From Bilabrum cf. latius (taxonomy: Eukaryota): a stretch of 64,000 nt of DNA. Location: assembly GCA_965178125.1 (NCBI GenBank), contig OZ237741.1, forward strand, positions 124,001 to 188,000. Direction: 5' to 3'. Of this stretch, positions 37,799 through 49,874 are shown in pieces. A model generated the notes under the pieces. That model searched no databases and was not told the origin of the DNA. It saw nothing but the letters and a program-made list of their open reading frames with translations. Position 1 is the stretch's first letter. Every line of letters begins with the position of its first letter. The position numbers and the translations under genes were made by a program.

Positions 37799-39934
37799 TC
37801 ATTCAATGGCATCGCCATCATGCATGTGGGACGACAACTCGTGCTCTACCAGAGTCTTGCAAGCTTGCCGCAGCGAGTTGTCCGCCCCCCACAGCGCACC
37901 AAAGGCCCCGTTCGGCCGACCACCACCCGCCCTGGCCCTGTCAAACACGCGCAAGCACGCCTCCTCGGGAGACCCCGCCCCGGCCCGCCTCGCCCGTAGC
38001 GATAGAACGTGCGCCGCCAGCAGGTAGTACAGTGTCTCCGCCAGCCCCCGCGCCTCCCACTGCATCGCCTGCAAGCCATCGCTCCCACCCTCCGCCGCCC
38101 ACCGCGCCGTGTCCACCACGGACTGCAAGGCGGCGTCAAACCCCTCCGACACGCTGCCCTTGCTTCTGGCCACCACGCTCAAGAAAGCGGGCAGCGCCGC
38201 CGGCTCCTTGCCCAGCGTCCTAAGAATGTCCAGAGCCTGCACGTTGGTGCTGCCCTCCCAGATGGCGTTCAGGGGAGCCTGCCTGTACATCCTCGCGAGC
38301 GGCCAGTCCTCCGTGTACCCATTGCCACCGAGGCACTCCATGCTCTCGGTGACGACCCCAGGGGCCCGCTTGCACACGGACAGCTTCCCCACAGCCGTGG
38401 CGAGTCGCCTGAACGCAGCCGCCTCCTCGTCCGACATGGCCGCCTGCTCCAGCAGCACGTCCAGCCCCCAGCCGCTGAACCCGAGCGAGTCGGCAGATCC
38501 ACCCATCGTCCCGTCCTGGAACGCACTCGTTGCACCGCTTCGGCCGGCCTCCGCCGCCTCTGCAGCGGCCTGCCGCCGCGTGCCGTCATCAAAGGCCGCC
38601 GCCAGCCGCAGCGCCACCATCGTAGCCGCCTCGGACTCGGCCGCCAGCTCTGCCAGCACCGCCTGCATGAGTGGCTGCTGCCCCAGCGCGGCCCCGAAGG
38701 CCTCCCTCTGTATCACGTGCACGCTGGCCTCCTGCAGCGCGGCCCGCATGAGCGAAGCCGACCCCAGGGCGCAGTCGAGCCGCGTGTGCACCACCATCTC
38801 GATGATTGCGGGCACGCCCCTCCCCTCCTCCCCCACCAGCGTGCCGTACGCGTTGTCGTACTCCACCTCCGACGACGCGTTGCTTCGATCCCCGAGCTTG
38901 TTCTTCAGCCGCATCAGTCTGAACCCTTCGTTCCGCCGCCCGTCGGGCATCCACCGGGGCACGAGGAAGCACGAGAGGCCCTTGTTCCCTGGGGACTGAG
39001 CGAGGGTCAGGAAGGCGTCGCTGTTCCCCGCCGAGGTGAACCACTTGTGTCCGGTCAGACAGAACGCGTCGCCAGGCTCCGCGCCTCCGCCGCCGGCACG
39101 GGGCTCCAGCGGCTCTGCGACTGTCGAGTTGGCCCTGACATCCGAGCCTCCCTGCTTCTCACTCATGCTCATTCCGAAGGTTAGGCCGCCCCCCTGGGCG
39201 AGCTTCTCCTGCGGGGGGATGTCCTCTGCCATGTAGCGCGGTGTGAGCGCCCCCCTGATCCAGTCCTCCGCCCTGGGGCCCGCGTGCTCCAGCGCGGGCA
39301 CCGCGGCAAACGTCATGGTGAGGGGGCAGCCGGTGCCTGGCTCGGCCTGGTAGTGGAGCATCGAGAGAACAGCGCGGGCTACGTGGGAGCCGGGGCGGCC
39401 TCTGTGCTGCCACGCGAGGGAGGGGACGCATCCCTTGACGGCAAAATCCATGAGGGCGTGGTAGGAGGGGTCGTACTTGATCGTGTCCACGCGGTGGCCG
39501 AACCGGTCGTGCGTCTGCAGCTCAGGCTTGCTAGAGTGTGCCCGGTCGGCGAGATCGGCCGCAGCGTATGATCCACTAAACGAAGAATAAGGCAGGATGT
39601 GCGACTTCAAGGCCCATGAAGCGCCGAGCGCCTGGATCCCATCTCGCAGGCAGCGATCGTGCCGCACCGCATCGAAGCGCTAGCCACGCACGTATGGCGT
39701 TCCAGTGAGATCTTGACGCCCGGAATGCTGAAATTGAAGCTTATTGGATTGATTCTCGACACTATGCGTGATCCCTCGGGGAGGAGGCAACGAGTCTGTG
39801 CCGCCACTGGCGAAGAATCGCCGAGCTCCTCTGCAGGCCAATGCCTGCCTAATTGACCAACTATTTGACTACAACTAGGGTCTCCGCGCCGACAATATGA
39901 TCCGACTACAACCAAGGCTGCGGATTCTACGCAT
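37799..39934 (-). CDS. aidB: AidB-like acyl-CoA dehydrogenase with predicted mitochondrial presequence; 3 in-frame TAGs in the N-terminus
   Basis: 'CPLTMTFAAVP', 'GMSMSEKQGGSDVRAN', 'LTGHKWFTS', 'RLKNKLGDRSNASSEVEY', 'MECLGGNGY', 'NAIWEGSTNVQALD'. The AidB-type 'THSVENQ' and an Arg-rich presequence lie upstream of TAGs 39680 and 39869/39875. TGA stop. Confidence 0.88.
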
Positions 39935-40097
39935 TGATAAATTAGAAAGTTGTAAAAATCTGTTTATGTCAACGGCAAGTGGATCGTCGCGAAAATCACG
40001 GCACGGTCGTGCTGCCTCTTCAAGTTGTCCCAGATTTTGCCGAGAACCTTGCGCATTTCCCGACCATACCGCGTCCAGTGCTCTTCGAATCAATACT
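39935..40097. promoter_or_regulatory. Short divergent intergenic region (aidB-like / GT54)
   Basis: 163 bp of AT-richer sequence between head-to-head ATGs. Confidence 0.45.
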
Positions 40098-41735
40098 ATG
40101 TCGGGCTCTGGAGGGGCTCGTGCCCCCACCTTGCCGGATCGCACGCAGAGACCAGGCTAGAACGGTTCTACGAGAAAGCGCTCTGGCTCTTCGCGAGATT
40201 TCTCGGCTTTCACGTACATTTGCTTGGGGGTGGCAATGCTCTTCGGAGGGATGATCGTTGGGCTCGTAGTTTTGCCGCAAGGAAGCGAGCCGGTGTCTCC
40301 TATCGCTGCAACGCGAACCAATGGCCCGGACACGTTGACGAGTGGTGTAGCCTTGTAGAAGATGCAGGATTTGCTGACCTCGGAGCAGTAGCGACGAGTA
40401 GCTTTAGAATCGTAGCTGGCGACTGCGGCGCACGACTTGCAGGCCGCTGAGCTAGATGCTCAGGTGGCTCGGGACGTGTTGGAGAAGACTAGGCGAGACC
40501 TGCATGCAGCGGAAGCTACGCAAGGCCAGCAGCCCGTCGCGTCTGGGCCTGAAGATGAACAGTAGAAGGTTTATCCAGCGCCGACGCCTTGCCCATCTCC
40601 GGCAAGCATACCGCTGCCGCCCCCAACCGGCAGCTCGCAAGTGGCGATCGCCGCGCAGCAGCAGCAGCAGCAGCAGCCCAGCGGGCTGCACCCTGACCAC
40701 CTGCTGCTCGCAAACGGCAAGAAGCCATGGCTGGTCATAGGCATCCCGTCCGTTGGTCGGCGCAACGGTCTCGACTACCTGAATCCCACGCTGGACTACC
40801 TCCTGGAGCAGCTGCCCCCCAAGGACCGCACCTCGGATCCCATGCACGGGAGAGTGCTCATCGTGGTGATGAACAACGGGCACGGCAAGGCGCACGAAGC
40901 ATTCGATAAGGCAGCCGCCCGCCTCGCGCCTGGCAAGCACCCCAAGGCACCTTGGGTGCGCTTCGTCACAAACCAGACCCCCCTCCTTAACGACGGCAAG
41001 GACCCTGGGTCTCCCAACCGGCCGGGGTGGACCGTCCGGCAGCAGACCATGGACGTGGTGGCGCTAATGGAGTACATCGGAGGCCTCTCCTCCAAGGGGA
41101 TCGCGCCGGCGAGCGGGCGGGGGCAGGCCCCCAGCCTCCCCGTCCCCGCGCACTACATGTTCATGGAAGACGATTTCAGGCTGTGTCCGCACGGGCTCAT
41201 CGCGCTGGAGTACCTGCTGAGGAAGGCCTACCGCCAGCACAGGGACTGGAACATGATCCGGATTAGCTACGGGCTGGTAGGTGGTGTCATGCGGGGGGAG
41301 GACGTGCCTGTGTTGTCCAAGTACATGCGGTCGAGGTACAAGCTGAGGCCCCCGGACCACTTGCTGGTGGAGTGGTACGCTGGGGAGACGGATGAGAGTG
41401 CGCAGCACAAGAACGGGAGGCCGCACTTTGCCTTTAGGCACAATTTGCTGGAGCATTTCGGGACTGTGTCGTCGCTGCGGAACCAGAATCAGGGGCAGTT
41501 CGCTGGTTGCTACGAGCTGATGAACGACAGGGTAGTGTTCGAGGTGGAGTCCTTCAAGCCAAAGGAGTGCCCAGGGGACGACATATGGCCGTGCAAGGAT
41601 ACGCCGTTCGGTGACGCGGCAGCAGACGCCGCCATGGAGGGGCACCCGAACTAGTATCCCCCGCGCGAGCCGCGCATCGATTTCTCGCCGCTGGAGAAAA
41701 TAATCAAGAGGGTCGACCACACGGGCAACAAGTGA
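40098..41735 (+). CDS. GT54 (MGAT4-like) N-acetylglucosaminyltransferase, type II membrane protein; 6 in-frame TAGs
   Basis: Cytoplasmic tail, TM 'FSAFTYICLGVAMLFGGMIVGLVVLP', coiled stem, then 'WLVIGIPSVGRRNGLDYLNPTLDYLLEQL', 'QQTMDVVALM', 'YMFMEDD', 'NLLEHFGTVSSL'. The TM and catalytic parts join only through TAG. TGA 41733-41735. Confidence 0.82.
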
Positions 41736-41939
41736 AAGTCTACAGCAGGGGTGTTTGATAAATGGATTTGAAAATAGCATGCGCGATGCAAATATATCGA
41801 AGAAGAAGATTCGAGCCTGCTGTGTATCATGGAGCCACAGATTCAGATTCAGGGATTATGAGGCTGCTAGCCGCTCCGATCGCGCACTGCGCCACTCGTG
41901 CACCGGAAGCTTGCCTCACGGTACCAAGTCACCCTGTGC

Positions 41940-44900
41940 TTAACGACCGGATCGCGGGCGCGGGCGAGCAGGAAGAGACCCAAGCCGCTGGAGGTACTGG
42001 AGCACTTGCTTCGGCGACAAGGCATGCTCGCCGATGCAGTACACGTGGCACAGCCCCATGAGCGTGCTTCGCTCCTGGGGTGACAGGTCGAGCGACTGCA
42101 CCTCTTTCTGAAACGACTCTTCATCAATCTGCCGCGAGGCGCTTGACGAAGATGATTCGGTCGCAACCTCCCGCTGCTGCTGCCCAGCACTTGATCGCTC
42201 TGCACCACCTCCCTCTGTACTTGCGAGCTCCAGCGATTGCTTGATGGCTTCTTGGAGCATCACATCCTTCGCATCCTGACCAGAAGCCCCGTCCCCCGCG
42301 CCGCCAGCCATCTCGTCCGCTAGCCCAGCGAGCACATCATCGAGCTCGCCGGCATCCAGTGCATCGGCAACCTGGCTGCTTGCATGGTCCTGCTAGCCTT
42401 CGTTCTAACCCTCCTCGTCATTATCGTCGTCCTCATCTTCCGACGAGCTGGCGAGGTCGATCACGACTGCCTCTCTGACTTGTGCCCGTGCTTCTTCTCC
42501 TCCTTGTCCACCCAAACGTTCTCCTGTACCGCGAGACGAGGCGCCTTCACTCGCTCCAGAGGCGCTGATGCTGGTATCTGGGGCATCACGGCTCCTAGAC
42601 CCTCTGCTCCCGCTGAACGCTCTACGAATGCGTTCTAGCAGTGCCTGCTCTCCCGGCTGTCCCGCTGCTCCGGCACCCTGCGAGTCTGCGCCCGCCGCCG
42701 ATAGCCCGAACTGCGCCATCGCGTCCGCCCGCTCCTTCTACAGCTGCTCAGATTCGGCAAGCTCGCGAGGGTGCACAAAATACGCGTCCTGCCAGCTGCT
42801 GGCACCAGCACCACCATGCGCTGCATGCATGGGCTGAGCCCCCGGTATGGTTCTAAGGTCGACTGTTGGGTTGTCCTAAGCGCTTGCCGAGCTGCTCGAA
42901 GACGATGATGATGACGAGGACCTCGACAAGGAGGACGATGATGCAGTGCTGGAGGTGGCGGCAACTCCCCGAGGGAAGAGGGCGGGTGCATCGCACTGCA
43001 TCATGGCCAGCGGGCCTACCCTGCGGTACTCCCGGAGTGCAGCTCGGACGAGATCTCCGCCCTCGGTCCCAGCAGGCTCTGCTCGCAGCAGCAGCGCCGT
43101 GGGCGGGCACAGCACCGAGCACTCGAGCTTGGCCCCGCACGCCTGGTGCTTGGTAGCTCCCATCGAGTGGACGGCTGCGACTCCCATGGCTGCCTTGCTC
43201 AGGTTATGCGACCCTGCCAGGCACCAGTCGTCTTCGAACCCCGCCCAATTTTCCCCTGCGTACGCAGATGGGTGCCTCTCAATGGCGGCCTATGGGGCGA
43301 TGGCCTTGGCGTGCGAGAGCAGGCGGATGGGCTCTCTTGCGCGTGCTGATGATGCCGGCTAGTCTGCCACGAGCTCCGCGCTGTTCTTTTCATCCGCATC
43401 GCCATCTCTGTTCCTACTGCCGTGGCCTTTGCCTTCAGTTGCCTCATGGCGATCCACGGCAAACTCCATGGCGCGCAGAGCACCCAACGGCACACCCATC
43501 CCCCCGGTGTTACCGCCCCGCCAATACGACACCGGAGGCACTGACAGGTGACTCGCGAGGGAAGGGTTGGCTCCAGGGAACAACGACGTGCGGGAGGTCT
43601 GCACCGCCAGCACGGACTGCAGGTGCACGGTGAGCGGGCCACCGACAGCCGTCCACGCGCCGCTGTCGGACGAGGAGGAGCCTGCCGCCCCCACGCTCTG
43701 CCGCACAGCCGCCTCAAGCCCCGCAGTTGCGCCAGCGAATGGAGGTGCGTGCCCCTGCAGCGCGCCAGCAAGTCCTGCGAGCCAGCTGTTCCTGTAATGC
43801 CCCGCCGAGCTCGTGATGGCTCGCATTGGCCGACATGCACTTGCATCATCGACTGCAGCAGCTGATGCCGATGCGCCAATGTCTGGCGAAGCGCATGCCC
43901 CGGCGGGGCCTCGCTGCAGGGCTACCTTGTGTCTCGCCCGTAGCACCGCAATGCGATGCATCGCGCTGCCGTCCGCGTACCACGCAATCCTCTTCCCCGG
44001 TCCAGTCTGTGGTCCGCCGGTACCCTTGCCTGTACCTTTGGATTTGGATTTAGTCGAAGCCGATGCTGACCACGGGTTGCCCTGCTCCAGTGCCTGCCCC
44101 CGATTTGACCACTCAGGGGAGCGGAGCGGCTCTTTGCACGCTGCCTGCGGGCACGAGAGCACGAGGTCGGCCCTGGCCGATGAGAAGTCAGCGCCGTCGA
44201 GCACGTCCACGGCCACCGCCCGCTCCCAGTCGGCGGGCGAGGAGGAGGAGGAGGCACTTTGTGGGGCGCGAGTGCCCTAGCTGGCCCTGTGTGCAGCACC
44301 AGCTCCAGTTCCTGTACTACCAGATCTAGCAGTGGGCCGCCCCAGGGAGGCTGCCAGCAGGCACCTCAGCTGCCTCTCGAAGTCTAGGCCGTAGCCGCGC
44401 GCCCCGGGGCCGCGTGCAGACGACGTTGCCGGGGCCGCCGCTTCACGGCCTCTAGCCGCTCGTGCCATGACGGGGAAATCCTGCACCCAGACGGTCTGGA
44501 GCATCTGCTCCCACTCGTCGACGTACAAGTTGGCGCTTGTGACGACCACCCGGACGAACGGGCCTGCATGGGAGGGCAGCGTGGGGCTGCGATCAGACGT
44601 AGCGCTGCCGCCATTGAAGCGTAATGCAAGCACTTTGGCGTGGTGGTCCGATGGAGACGCTACCTTGCCCGATTGCATCCCCCGCCCAGCTCTAAGCATT
44701 TCGATGTATGTCGCACTAGTCCGCAGCACCCCGCGTCGAGAGCGAGCGGCGGGCATCCGGGCAAGTAAGAGAGATGCCTGCTCATCGCAAACCATAGTCA
44801 ATGCAACAAAGCAAGCGACCTGTAGGCCGGGCCGGTCTGCTGAACTAGGGTTCAAATCTGGCTCTACAAGTTGTAGCAACCCGACATTGCCTATACCACA

Positions 44901-45101
44901 GCGTTCGATGGTACGTCTTTCTTCTTGCCAAAGAATAGTACTACAGCAGATGATTGCGCCGGAACAAAATGCAGCGCGTTGAAGCTGCGTGCTAAATTTC
45001 GAGGTTTCATGTCGGGCTCGTTTCGATTGGCGCTCCTCCACACTATCGAGATCGCTGTCCTTGCGTCGCTCGCGCTTTCTTTGTGGTGAGCGGGAGCTCA
45101 T
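41940..45101 (-). CDS. TDP1: Tyrosyl-DNA phosphodiesterase 1-like (two HxK motifs) with C-terminal SIM/UIM-like motifs; 7 in-frame TAGs
   Basis: 'HHAKVLALRF..VRVVVTSANLYVDEWEQMLQTVWVQDFP'; second motif 'LLSHAKAI' between TAG 43359 and TAG 43290; 'WCLAGSHNLSKAAMG', 'LECSVLCPP'. TAA 41940-41942. Confidence 0.82.
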
Positions 45102-45315
45102 TATTCACAAACTACGTTGCATAGATGCGATTCTTTGCCTTGAATGAAGAGATCTGCTCATGTTTGCTCAACGTGCGGACCGAACCCGGAACCACCGCCG
45201 GGAGAAAGGTAGAATCTAATGAAGCCCAGCACATCAATGGAGCCCACACATGTGCTTCAACGAGCTCAAATTTGCTGCATAGCGACCGTGTTCCGCTACC
45301 AAAGCGTGCTCGTTC

Positions 45316-46840
45316 TCACACGCCCTCCAGCTTGAAGTTGCACGCCCGCCCGACCGCCTCGACGATCTTGTGCGCCTGCCCGCTGATATCCTGGTCCCCC
45401 AGGTCAAAGCTGACCGTGCTAACCACGCGGCGGCGCAGCTCCGCCGTGTCCGCCACGATGGCCGCCACCTCAAGCGCGGCGTTTTCGTCCGCGGCCCCGT
45501 CCCTGCCGTTTACCGCCAGGACGATCCTCGCATCGGACCCTGTCGCGTCCAGCTAGCCCACCAATCCCTGCAAAGCCTCCTTGGACTTGCGGTGGTGCTC
45601 AGGATCTCCAGCTGCAGCTGGTACCTCGCACACGAAGAACGCCACCACGTCCGTCCCGTCGAGGTAGTGCGGCCACAGACTGACGAGCCGATGCTGGCCG
45701 CTGACGTCCCACATAGCCAGCTCCCGGCCGTCGTGCTTGATCGTCTCCACGTTAAAGCCTGCAGAAACAGCAAAATGAGTAAATGCACAGAGAGAGAAAC
45801 ATCTTGGGTGTACCTGAAAATGCCCTGCCAGGCACGCGACTCCCTTCAGCTGAGCCGAGACCAACATGCGCAGGCAGTGGTGGCAAATCAACACAGCTTT
45901 GCCGTAGGGCGGCATGATGCGCGGTCTCATGGTAAGGCCACGGGTACTGGAGATCAAGAGTCTCAGTACCGGGTATCAATCTATTCTCACCTATCGTTGG
46001 GATCGTCACGACCTTTTCTCCCGTCTTTGCAGCGAACAGCGTGGTTGTCTTGCCCGTCTGGGACAGCCCTAGCAGGAGCACCCTCGTCTCGCTCTTGCCA
46101 GCGCCGTCTCCGTCTTCGTTTTTGTCGTCAGAATCGGAATCTGATTCAATCGCGGGATCCTCCGCGGCTTCTTCGGCGACTCCCTTTGCCCGCTCCAGGA
46201 ATTCTGCTCGGATGCTGTCGATGCCTTCAGCCTCAGGGGTCATCACCATCGAGATCGTGGCAATGACAGGCCGAGCCGAAAACGCTACGGGGCCTTTGTC
46301 CTCGTCATCGTCGCTGGAATCTTCGAGTGCTACGCCTAGCGCAAGGGTGGCCTTCGCGCGCAGCTCCCCGCGCTGCGCAATTGCGTCCTCAAGGCAGAGG
46401 GATCGCTCGGACTCATCGGGCAGGAGAACCTCAAGAACTTCATCGATGACCTCCTTCACCTTTGGTAGCTTCGGAAGCTCCGCATCCTAATCAAGATCCA
46501 GAAAGCCATCTGGCATTCCCGAACCCATGGCTTGGCGGAACGCTTGCCCAAACCGCCGCTTGGCTGTGCGTACTGCAGCTTTCAGCAAGGGACCATCTTC
46601 GCAGCCTGCTCGAATCCACTACTAGCATAATACAAACAGTTTTTTCGACGTTATTCCAAGGTCTTCCAGCAGTAAAGATGCCGCGCCAGTCGGGGAATCT
46701 TCCAGGAATCCATCGGGAAGCAGAGCAAGTCGGAGAGCCCTGGCTGGAATGCAGGCTTCAAGGAGTTTATAAGCAAACGCGTGGGACAGGGATACGCCTT
46801 TTGCTGAAGTCTCGACTGGGGCTCCTGCTACTGCGGCCAT
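45316..46840 (-). CDS. ARF-family GTPase domain with ~250-aa N-terminal extension (intron 45759-45990; 4 in-frame TAGs)
   Basis: 'RVLLLGLSQTGKTTTL..VVTIPTIG|FNVETI..MWDVSGQHRLVSLWPHY'; G4 degenerate (NGRD). TAGs at 46622 and 46619 (tandem), 46487, 45553; TGA 45316-45318. Confidence 0.78.
45759..45990 (-). other. Intron (232 bp)
   Basis: ATA G|GTGAGA ... TTTCTGCAG|GC TTT restores the ARF signature PTIGFNVE. Confidence 0.9.
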
Positions 46841-46987
46841 TTTGCTGATAAATCTACTGATACTAAAAGATCGGTCCCGGTCGGTTCTCGCCCGCACCAC
46901 AACAAACCGGAAATACGTGCGCCGAGATAAAACGGCAGCTCCGGCAAGTACTACTGGTAGTTCCATCTCATAAGCACCACCAGCCTA

Positions 46988-49711
46988 TCATGACTATAGC
47001 AGGCAAACGGCGTTTTGAGCTATAGACGCGAGCTAGCCGTCGTTGCTGTCCACCAACCGAGCAAAGGCGTCTTCCGCCGCGGCCTCTTTGGCCGCATGCT
47101 TGCCCTCAGCTGACATGTTCGCCAGATTGAACACCACAGCCCCCGCCACGGCCGCCACACAGGCGGGAATGAGACCGTCTTCATGCGTGCTGAGCAGCAG
47201 GACCAGTTCCGGTATGCTGCCCGCATCCACCACGGCCTTTCTCACCTCCTCCGGACCCCTGGCTAGATTCATAAGCACGCCGGCTCCTGTCTCTACCTCG
47301 ACCGGATCATTCGACCGCAGGAGCCGAAGCACGCTGGGCAGTGATCCCGTGCTCACGATGGCTCGCTGCATCGAAGACACGCCTTCCATGGACCCGCCGC
47401 ACCGAAAGGAGCCGTCCTTCACTTCCTCCTGCACCCCGCCTGTCGCCCCGCTGAGGAGCAGCCTGATCACTCGCACTATGTGCTGGTCCTTATCCTCTAT
47501 CGCCTCTAGGGTCCTGATCGCGGCGGGCACCAGACCGGCCTTGATTGCATCGATGGCCAGCTGCTCCGATGCGCACATGGACCTGAGCAAGAGCATCACC
47601 ACCTGGGTCTGATTCCTCCCAGAGCACGACTGCAGCAGATCAATGTACTTGGGCAGCGCTCCTTCCGAGGCTGCCTGCTCCATGCCGGCTCGGTTGTTTT
47701 TGCACACCGCGGTGAGGGCCTCGTGCACTGTTTGCTGCAGCTGTGTCCCCTCCGCATGCGTGCCCAGCAGCCGTACCAACCGTGGAATAGCTCCAGCTTG
47801 CATTGCTGCTTTCTGCATAGAAGACGAGTCAGTTGTGGCTGCTACAACGCCAGTTGCAGCCCACGACACCATGACAGCGGACTGGGAGCCCAAAAGGTCG
47901 ACGAGGCCAGCGATGACCCCGGCCTCCAGTGCCGCCTGCTTCAACGCATCCGATACTTGCAGTATTCTAACGCATGCCATGGCAGACCTCTAGGCTGCGT
48001 TGTTCACGCCTGTCCTCATGCAGGCAACGAACCTTGGCAGCGCTCCCGCGTTCACCACCGCAGTTGCGAGGGTCCTACCTCCATTGGATACGTTCAGCAG
48101 AGCACCGACGGCTTGCTCCACCAGTACCTGGTCCTTTGCATCGCACAGATGCACTAGGATAGGAAGCGCACCGGCATCGACGACCGCCTGCTTGGTTGCA
48201 GTGGCATCTGGAGGTCCGCTGCAGATCCCCGTGATGGCCCCCGCGGCGTCGAGCATCTCGGCTACGTCTTCAGTTCGAAGCATTGATACGAGGCTTGGCA
48301 GCACACCCGCCTGCACAGCAGCTTCTGCGAGCTCGTCCGATTCCTACGCTATATGCATGAGGATGATCGCGACCGTTCCGCGGATTTCCTTCTATTCCGA
48401 CCGCAGCAGCTGGGCAAGCACTGGCAACGCGCCGGCCTCTACCGCAGGTGTACCGACCTTGCCCGGGCAGAGGCACAGTTCGTACATCAGGCAGCAAGAC
48501 TGATCCACAGCGAAGTCGTCTTTGCATCGCATCATCTCAATGCAGCGCACTAGCACGTTGGCAGGGTCACCAAGCACTGCGCCCAGCGAGCGGCCGTCCG
48601 CATGGCCGGACGCGAGCGCCTTGATGGCAGCAATGGCGCACCTCGATTCCTCCCCGCGCTCCTCGCTAGAGCCGACCATGCCCAAAAGCAGACCCAGCAT
48701 CCCTGCCTCTAGGAATTTATCCTTGAAGTCAGCTGCGATCTTCATCATGTCGCAGGCCAACATAGCAGCCCAAGTCTTCCTCGTCTTCTGTGGCAGCATC
48801 ATCACCGTCGGGGGCAGCTCGATCTTTACGGGCGGGTCCCGCAGCATGGACTTGATGGCGGGAATGCAGCCCGCGATCACTGCGTCTCGAGGAGCATCCG
48901 CGGAGCACCGAAAGATCTGCACGAATAGAGGCACGGTATACTTGACCATGGTAGGGGAGGTGCACCTAAGCGCGCCAGCAAGCGGAGGCAGCACGCCCGC
49001 CCGGTACACCTCGAGGGCCCGGCCGCTCTCGCAGACCAGGTCGCGGAGTGTCATGGCCGCGCTTGCCAGTACTTCCGTGTCTTCTGATTGCATGAGCTTC
49101 ACGAGCCCTGGAATGGCCCCCTCCTTCACGGCCAGGTCCTGCAGCGGGCCGCGCTCGCAGACCAGGGCGCTCAGAGCAACCGCCGCAAGAGATGCCTCGC
49201 AGGCATCACTCGATTCCAGCATATGAGTAAGGAAGCGTACTGCGTCCCCATTGGCCCGGCGGGATCTGAAGGGCTCTTCGTAGATGAGATTTGCGATCGC
49301 ATCCACCGCAGCCAACGGCCTGAACATGCCCCCCGCCCCTTGCAAGGAGACAATCATTTGCTCGTACACCGATGGGTCTGCTTCGCAGCGTTCCCTTATT
49401 CGGCCACGTAGCATCTGCTAAATCATTGCCATGTTCTCGTCGATGTTTGTGCATTGGCCTGTCATCTCCGTTGCAATTCGTGCTGCTTCGAGAATGTTGG
49501 GTAAATCCCCGCTTTCGAGGCACGCACTGGCTATTTCGAGTGCATGCGAAAGCTTATCGTCCTGATTTAAGCTACTGGCGTTCTGAATCGCTTTGAACTG
49601 CTCCGTGATTGTTCTTGGGTCGGCTACAGGACTGCATCCGCTCGATCGACCCGTGGATCCCTGTACCGTGGGATCTATTTTCTCAGGCTGCTCGCCGGAT
49701 GCTGCTGCCAT
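46988..49711 (-). CDS. Armadillo-repeat protein (~907 aa); 6 in-frame TAGs
   Basis: Repeated 'VDAGALPILVHL', 'EGAIPGLVKLM', 'QAGAIPRLVRLL', 'DAGSIPELVLLL'. Four track ORFs in one frame split at TAG (49418, 48392, 48344, 47990, 47033, 46994); TGA 46988-46990. Confidence 0.85.
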
Positions 49712-49874
49712 TGTACTATATGTGTGTCAGAAACTACCTCCGATAATTATGAGTGCGGGAATCAGTGTGGGTAGACGTCGATACCCGAAACATCGACCGC
49801 CACTCTGTAACGCCGGAACCGGAACCACGACGAAAGCGACGAATAAACCAATTGTACACGCAAATACACCGAGA

